The notes beneath the pieces are model-generated. The model had not been told where the DNA came from and searched no databases. It was given only the letters and a program-made list of their open reading frames with translations. From NCBI GenBank assembly GCA_965644295.1, contig CBFFRP010000411.1, positions 1 through 5,430 on the forward strand: DNA of 5,430 bases, given 5' to 3'. This DNA is from Paraphysomonas bandaiensis (taxonomy: Eukaryota > Protista > Chrysophyceae). This document shows positions 1 to 5,430 of the stretch, piece after piece. Numbering within the stretch: the stretch's first letter is position 1; the number at the start of each line of letters is the position of its first letter. A program made the position numbers and the translations under genes.

Positions 1-287
1 TACAGTGTGTTGTCATGTAACACATGTCAACAACATGATAAATTATTTCGTTCATGTTAACCACTGCTCAACTTCCGTATCTTGAATCGTCATGATATAA
101 TACTTCAGTTTCACAGTTATAGCTATATAGCACCTTTGACTATTGACTACGTATTACTGTTTTTCACATTGTATTTAACGTATTCTACAGTACTATCTTA
201 GAGAACCATACGTATTCCAACACACACAACGGAATAGTTAGAAGTGTAACTGATAGTGACGATTATTATGACAAATATTTTCAACAG

Positions 288-431
288 ATTCTATCATTAA
301 TTCAATTCATGATATTAATTTCATTGAGCATTATATTTCACATATACACATATACTATCTTATATTAAGATGTATCATAATAAATCGTGTCTTGCTTTTA
401 TATCTCGTGCTTATATGATTAATGATAGAAT
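288..431. repeat. Perfect 14-bp inverted repeat ATTCTATCATTAAT (288-301) / ATTAATGATAGAAT (418-431)
   Basis: Exact reverse complement read from the sequence. Confidence 0.9.
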
Positions 432-1368
432 GCCATTACCATTAGGGGTTACAGGCCCTGTGATTAATTATTAGGATTATTATTATGTGAAGTCTATATA
501 ATTTACGAAATGTTAGTTGTTGTCGGGGTCTATTATTGAACTCAATCATAAAGTGTATTACAACTAGCAATCATAAATCTTAATATACCCATATTAAAAT
601 TATGCTGTATGTTATGATGTTATCCATATTTTGTTTCATTTTCTTTGAGTCGGGGTTAGCATAACACTCATATTAACCCCGAGAATATATAGACATTCAG
701 CTTCAATAGTTAATTCGAACAGAAACTATCTTCTATTGACAGTCATTTTGAATGTGGTTTCATTGTGTTACATTGTTGTAGGAAAACCACATTAATGAGT
801 CACCAATAATTTGAAACAATACTAGTTATTTCATGTGTTTCCTATTAACTGTCAGGGAACACACTTTTATTTCCTCCTACAGCGCAAGCAAGCTACAAAT
901 AATAGCTATACAAATTATATTATATGTATTTTTAAAACTCGCACTTTTCGTCCTTGTTTTAAAATTTTTGAGTGCAGGGACGATATATAGTCTCCTTATA
1001 ACCCGCGGTTGAGTACTATACTATCTATATTGATGCTGTGTACATATGAGGGGTTAAAGGGTATAGGCCCAAAACCTAATATGTCGAGGTTAAGTTGAAT
1101 ATTGTTGACCGAAGTATATCGTTTGGTGTACTATCGCTTTATTTTTGTATACCTACTCAATTTAAATTAGCTATATTATATAGTCTACCGCCGCTGTAGA
1201 CATAAGTAGAAGCAAATTTATCAGTGAGTAATATATCATGTCTATACAAAATATTTCATGCTTTTGCACCATCACACTCCATGATTCTGATGTATGTCCA
1301 AGATTATACTTTATTGTAGTGCATCATACTACTTTATCAATATAATAGCAAATATGACATTGTTTGAG

Positions 1369-1807
1369 ATAGTGCTTACATGTGACTTGTTTCCCTCAAC
1401 GAAGTCGGACTCGCACCGTTTCGTGGTGTTCTGGCGGGTAAGTACCGGATATATTTCTCCGTGAAACTAACATGAGCCGCATATTATATAGTCAGCAGAT
1501 ATTGTTCTGCCCATTCATAGCCAAATGCTTGTGTGGTACAAGGGACACTAATAAGTGCCACTTGTGTAGGCCTCCTAGACGAATAGACAGGCATCCGGGA
1601 AAGCCCCCCCCCTCAAGCCTCAAGCGCATTCGTGATATTAGGCTGCCTACTGAAGCCAAGCATCCGGGCTGTTCACCTTAAGTGAGGTATATCAACATTC
1701 TACTTGCACACTGCGTTTGCTTTTGAGTGATAGAGCAAAAGTGATTGCACCTTGGCACAAGCAGCTTTCGTTGCGTTAAATAGTAGGATATCAGAGTTAA
1801 GCACTAT
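1369..1807. repeat. Perfect 10-bp inverted repeat ATAGTGCTTA (1369-1378) / TAAGCACTAT (1798-1807) bracketing a GC-richer block
   Basis: Exact reverse complement; the boundaries roughly coincide with a change in base composition. Confidence 0.7.
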
Positions 1808-2007
1808 TGCTAACACTAATAATGAGACATTCACTACTTATTAAAACTGATTAGTCAAAGTCTAGTCTAATACACTCTCTTCTTCTTAAATGGTCTAACT
1901 GTTTATAGTACGATTATAGCTGTGAGGTATAGCATAGCTTTCGGAAGACAGATTTTGACACCATGTTATTACACCCCTATTTCGAATAGCTTCTATACGC
2001 GACGCAT

Positions 2008-2013
2008 TTTATT
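2008..2013 (-). promoter_or_regulatory. Possible AATAAA polyadenylation signal of the H6PD-like gene
   Basis: TTTATT on the + strand, about 60 nt downstream of the TGA stop. The motif is common by chance in AT-rich DNA. Confidence 0.35.
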
Positions 2014-2074
2014 AGATATGGAAGAATTAGCAGCCTCAACTATAAAGAATATACATAAGCATTGAACATGTAGA

Positions 2075-3988
2075 TCATCCATAATATAAGCCACCCCAGC
2101 CTACGTCATATAATTCAATACTAGTGCATAGCGAGTCACTAAGAACACCGTCCCACAAAGCCCACTGGGCGTGAAGCTCTTCAGTTGTAACAAAATAACT
2201 TCTGTCTTCCTTTAAAAGTGCCCCGATGATATCTACATATGCATTGTACCTGTAAGTTGTAGAATTTGACTTCATCTCAGTATCCTTAGCATAGTACTCT
2301 GATGGGCGCAAAATACACGTTTTTGAAACTGAAGGCCCTGGGCAAGAACCTAGAGCGTTGGAAACACTATCATTAACTTTGTCGTCTTCCTTGTCAAACG
2401 ACGTTGTTTGGAAAGGAAGCACACATGCCTCTGGATCTGCTTCCCAACCATATGGCAAACGTACCTCGTCGCTACCTAAATTTTCCCAGCACGCTCCTTC
2501 CAAGAGAATATAAGGTCCTCTGTCAGTCGATCTGTTGCCGGGGTAGTGTTTGTGTATACCACCCTGTACGCCGTATTTAACTCCACACCCATGTTGCGCT
2601 TGTACTTCAACAAACATCTCCCGCTCACTAAGTGCTTTCCCTGCTGACACCAATACCTTTATCCCCTGTTCTTCTTTTATCTTATCCCGTAATATGAATT
2701 CGACACGAGCTGCAGTCGGCGTAATGCTTGTAATATCCTCATTATGAGATGAGGAAATCAGCCCACGCCTGATGCCATCCATAATGTCCTCCTTCAAGTG
2801 TGTAAGGTAAGTAGAATATTGGCCCAACCACAAACTACCGGTACTTTCTCTTTCATGTACAGGAATACACCCGTTATGGAACTGGCGTGAGTATTTAAGT
2901 CGACGTAGAACATCTAATCTATCCGTAAGATCACCTAATATTACTGTAAGTATAAACGTCAACAACAAGATTATACACCACATACCAAACCCCGATGAAT
3001 TCGGGTTCCCGGACTGCAGATGCATAAGTGTGTAAACAACCGCCTGAGTAAGGTGATTCTGCATCACATCACGGACGACACCAAACTGGTCGTAATACAT
3101 AGTGCGCCCTGCCGTCTGTTCTTGTTCAGCCATCACCACAGATACAGTAGTCAGTCCACTGGAATCTCTACCAGACACAGGGATTTCAGCAGATGGAAAG
3201 CCAAGAGATAACAACAAATCGTAATTAATTCTTCTAAAATCCAGTAAAGCTTGCATACCAGATTTTCCCAGATAATGGTCCACCTAGATTTAAAATATGT
3301 TACACTTATTAAATCAAAATCTTCTCTTACCCTCAAAATTTCATCTTCGCGAAGGTGGGCGGATAGCAATTCTGACAAAGTCACAGCGGACATCAAGTCC
3401 TACAATGCATATTATTTACAATTCGGAAAAAATAAATTAATACCTTTCCAAACGGCTTTTCGAACACTACCCTCAACGCTGCATCCTTCGGACGTGCAAC
3501 TCTATTAATAGTAGCCGCAATATTCTCGTACAGACTTGGGGAAATCGATAAGTAAAATATTCTCATGGATTCGGGAAACTGTGAAAGCATTTCATGCAAT
3601 CCTTTATAGTGATCTTCATTTCTCAGCTGTACATATTTTAAACTCTCAGTAAATCGTTTCTTGTCTTCAGTACAACTGTCGCTACTCCACGTATCTTTAC
3701 ACTGCAAGCCACTGAGAGTGGGCTCTATTATGGCCCATGCATTATCATATGGCCTTGTAGCAGCAGCATACACGTTAATGTCATAGTCATCCTTCAGCTA
3801 TAATAGTATTATACAGTGCATGAGTATAAGCCCATCAGTACCTCTATGAACTGGATGAATACGCTCTCCCACAAGTACTTGCGTGCAAGATCGCCTGTAG
3901 CACCAACTAACACAAAGTTGATAACATCACAGTGTGCTGAATGAGATCTATATAACACGAGAAGGGTAATGAAGTAGATCCAATGCAT
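2075..3988 (-). CDS. H6PD: H6PD-type (ER-lumenal) hexose-6-phosphate/glucose-6-phosphate dehydrogenase; 5 exons: 3988-3842, 3797-3444, 3399-3331, 3283-2986, 2934-2075; about 575 aa (661 aa if the upstream ATG at 4246 is used)
   Basis: Splicing four GT-AG introns joins four ORF-track fragments and restores the G6PD-family motifs in order: GATGDLARKYLW (dinucleotide binding), RIFYLSISP, RVVFEKPFGK|D, R|VDHYLGK (substrate binding), RDVMQNHL (catalytic His), GQY, TPT, GKALSER, FVTTEELHAQW. KYLW, the Cys pair in LQCKDTWSSDSCTEDKKRF, GRTxYY, FVTTE and the N-terminal signal peptide resemble H6PD (recalled from the human sequence) more than cytosolic G6PD. Confidence 0.9.
2935..2985 (-). other. Probable spliceosomal intron 4 (51 nt, phase 1, in frame and stop-free; alternative CAG acceptor at 2946-2944)
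   Basis: GTATGT...TATTAG with a TTGAC branch-like site. It is T-rich and similar in size to the other introns; unspliced it would put MWCIILLLTFILTVILG inside the soluble dehydrogenase fold. Confidence 0.8.
3284..3330 (-). other. Spliceosomal intron 3 (47 nt, phase 0)
   Basis: GTAAGA...TCTAG; removal restores the conserved R-VDHYLGK motif. Confidence 0.95.
3400..3443 (-). other. Spliceosomal intron 2 (44 nt, phase 0)
   Basis: GTATTA...TTGTAG; removal restores the conserved EKPFGK-DLxSA motif. Confidence 0.93.
3798..3841 (-). other. Spliceosomal intron 1 (44 nt, phase 0)
   Basis: GTACTG...ATTATAG; removal joins FIQFIE to LKDDYDINVYAAA in frame and skips the TAA at 3811-3809. Confidence 0.85.
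3929..3988 (-). other. Putative N-terminal signal peptide MHWIYFITLLVLYRSHSAHC
   Basis: Hydrophobic core WIYFITLLVL and a small-residue A-H-C end directly before the first Rossmann strand (DVINFVLVGATG). This is the same layout as H6PD. Confidence 0.65.
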
Positions 3989-4772
3989 TGTGTATGAATT
4001 ACTGGGATATATCTGCCTGCCTGGTGTGTTAAGTGCGCCAGATGCTGATGCTGCTGTGGGTGCCCGTCGCTCGTATCCTTCAGCTGGCAGCTGCACCCCC
4101 AGCACGGTAGGCATGAAATGCCGGAGATATACGTGAGTGGAGGACATAAAATCCCTGATATTATGAAAAAATCCCTCATTTTCAGAGTGTTGGATCGTGG
4201 AGGGTGCGAGTATGCCCAGCAGTGACCACAGCAGAGATCTTAGCATAACATCACTGCCCTTAACGCTTACAAGACATAGAACAACATACTTCTATGAATT
4301 CTTTCAGTAACCATTCAGTCGGACATATCCTGGTGCTTCAATAGATGATAAAGACAACTCAGCACTTGATGACGATGTTTTTGATTGCCCAGTAACGCCA
4401 CTGTGAGGGTATACACCGCTATATCTGTGGATGTTGAAACCGATTCGATGCAGCAATACGTCGGCATCTATGTATTGATCTTACACGAACATTTGTGACC
4501 TGGTGGTAACAATGGTCGCGATATTGCTTTGGCGGGGTTGAATACTATGTGATGATAGCGGTCTCGTGTGTCATGGCGACAACCATAACCGTATATGCAT
4601 TGCAGACACAACATTTGACGAAGAAGTATTTGGCACATATATTTGCTTTTGTAGAGTGATTGTCTTTATACTATTGCCGATATGAGGGATTGTCTCTGGA
4701 TCAGCAACTTGCATACTGGATCTGCCGAATTAATCCTCACACTGAGCAACATTATCGGATTTAGAATATATC

Positions 4773-4800
4773 GTCTATGGTCTATGTCTATGGTCTATGT
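4773..4800. repeat. Short tandem duplication (GTCTATGGTCTAT)x2 plus GT
   Basis: Units at 4773-4785 and 4786-4798. Confidence 0.85.
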
Positions 4801-5152
4801 AAGAAGTCACTTTCATATTAAATATGGTGAGGATATAATAATATTACACATTACTAGTATCTTTTTTGGATTGCTTTGTTCTATTTTAGTTCTTTTGGTT
4901 CTATCTGAATTTTTACCTTTATTTACCAGTAGGTGATCTGTAAATTTGTTTACTGGTGATCTAATGAAGTTACAATGGAGATATGCTATTGCCAAGCAGT
5001 AACTAATATACGAGATATTAAAAACATCGGGTCATATGGAAACAAGAAATTAACATATTATTGAATTACACAAAACTAAACATATCTTGTTGACTCTTAC
5101 TACATTGTATTCGTGTATAGTATCTTGTCTATAGTAACAGCTATCTGGGGGG

Positions 5153-5203
5153 GATATTGAGTATATTGAGTGCACAATATATATTGCAATATCAAAATAT
5201 CAA
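5153..5203. repeat. Low-complexity direct/inverted repeat cluster
   Basis: ATATTGAGT x2 (5154-5171), palindrome CAATATATATTG (5175-5186), AATATCAA x2 (5188-5203); GATATTG 5153-5159 is complementary to CAATATC 5187-5193. Confidence 0.6.
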
Positions 5204-5430
5204 TAGTAGTCAATTCGCTCGATAAATTATAAATATACACATACTATTTCAACCTGTGTCAACTCTTACAGCATCTTCTTCCTGGACTTCGACAATTTGA
5301 TGGTCATATCTTGCAAAGTGTTAAATTATACTTGTAATAGCACAGTACTGACTGATTTACGTCAGGAGAGATTTAGTGGCATTGTGATGTTGTAGCATTG
5401 TGATTGTGGAGACGCATCACTCACCAATAT

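Larger units (their letters stand above)
8..1807 (+). ncRNA. Candidate large structured non-coding RNA or fold-back element of unknown family (may begin before the window)
   Basis: Near-continuous nested stems: 85-93/256-264, 105-114/244-253, 135-144/233-242, 288-301/418-431, 469-478/576-585, 511-520/560-569, 650-658/674-682, 703-709/733-739, 751-760/784-793, 834-843/854-863, 948-956/975-983, 1113-1120/1125-1132, 1143-1151/1243-1251, 1369-1378/1798-1807. Many contain G-U pairs on the + strand. Only one 69-aa ORF. Confidence 0.45.

Noticed and set aside
442-451. TTAGGGGTTA as a telomeric repeat or, on the minus strand, a telomerase template (UAACCCCUAA)
   Set aside because: A single 10-mer with no array. 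A template would need a minus-strand RNA, whereas the wobble pairs favour the + strand.
640-1140. CRISPR array or integron attC array
   Set aside because: The hairpins share no repeated primary sequence or GTTRRRY cores, there are no cas or integrase genes, and the context is eukaryotic.
18-1195. Degenerate SSU rRNA: scattered short matches in roughly the right order (TAACACATG at 18, ATACCC at 585, TTAATTCGA at 710, AGCGCAA at 881, ACCGCC at 1187)
   Set aside because: The matches are very short and the universal blocks (GCCAGCAGCCGCGGTAA, AAACTYAAAKGAATTG, AAGTCGTAACAAGG) are absent.
1474-1507. Group II intron domain V look-alike (34 nt, GAGCCG...GTTC), with GTGTG at 5-9 as a possible 5' end
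   Set aside because: Several mismatches in the lower stem, no upper stem or GNRA loop, and no recognisable domain VI.
1472-1681. 69-aa + strand ORF as a stand-alone gene
   Set aside because: No recognisable domain; its ATG lies inside the candidate intron and the region is better explained by structure.
2550-3508. + strand ORFs 2550-2747, 3020-3211 and 3251-3508
   Set aside because: Antisense shadows of H6PD exons with no motifs.
3907-4179. 90-aa minus-strand ORF
   Set aside because: Alternative frame overlapping H6PD exon 1; no recognisable features.
4311-4478. Protein-like + strand frame (SIDDKDNSALDDDVFDCPVTPL*GYTPLYLW) with an ankyrin-like GxTPL
   Set aside because: Interrupted by stops, no start or consistent splice model, and the rest of the ankyrin consensus is missing.
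4682-4995. ORFs 4682-4936 (+, hydrophobic) and 4813-4995 (-)
   Set aside because: Short; the composition follows from T-rich or A-rich DNA; no homology recognised.

Overview
Eukaryotic genomic DNA, AT-rich, with very short GT-AG introns (compact, probably protist-like genome; taxon cannot be determined from this window). One clear protein-coding gene: a minus-strand, five-exon glucose-6-phosphate dehydrogenase-family gene of the ER-lumenal hexose-6-phosphate dehydrogenase (H6PD) type, complement join(3842..3988, 3444..3797, 3331..3399, 2986..3283, 2075..2934), about 575 aa. It has a signal peptide but apparently lacks the C-terminal 6-phosphogluconolactonase domain of vertebrate H6PD. Downstream of it (about 8-1807) is a region with no long ORF that is dense in nested inverted repeats and hairpins, many with G-U pairs on the + strand. 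It is a candidate large structured non-coding RNA or fold-back element that I could not assign to a known family. The upstream region (4250-5430) has no recognisable gene. All structure calls were made by eye and need computational confirmation.
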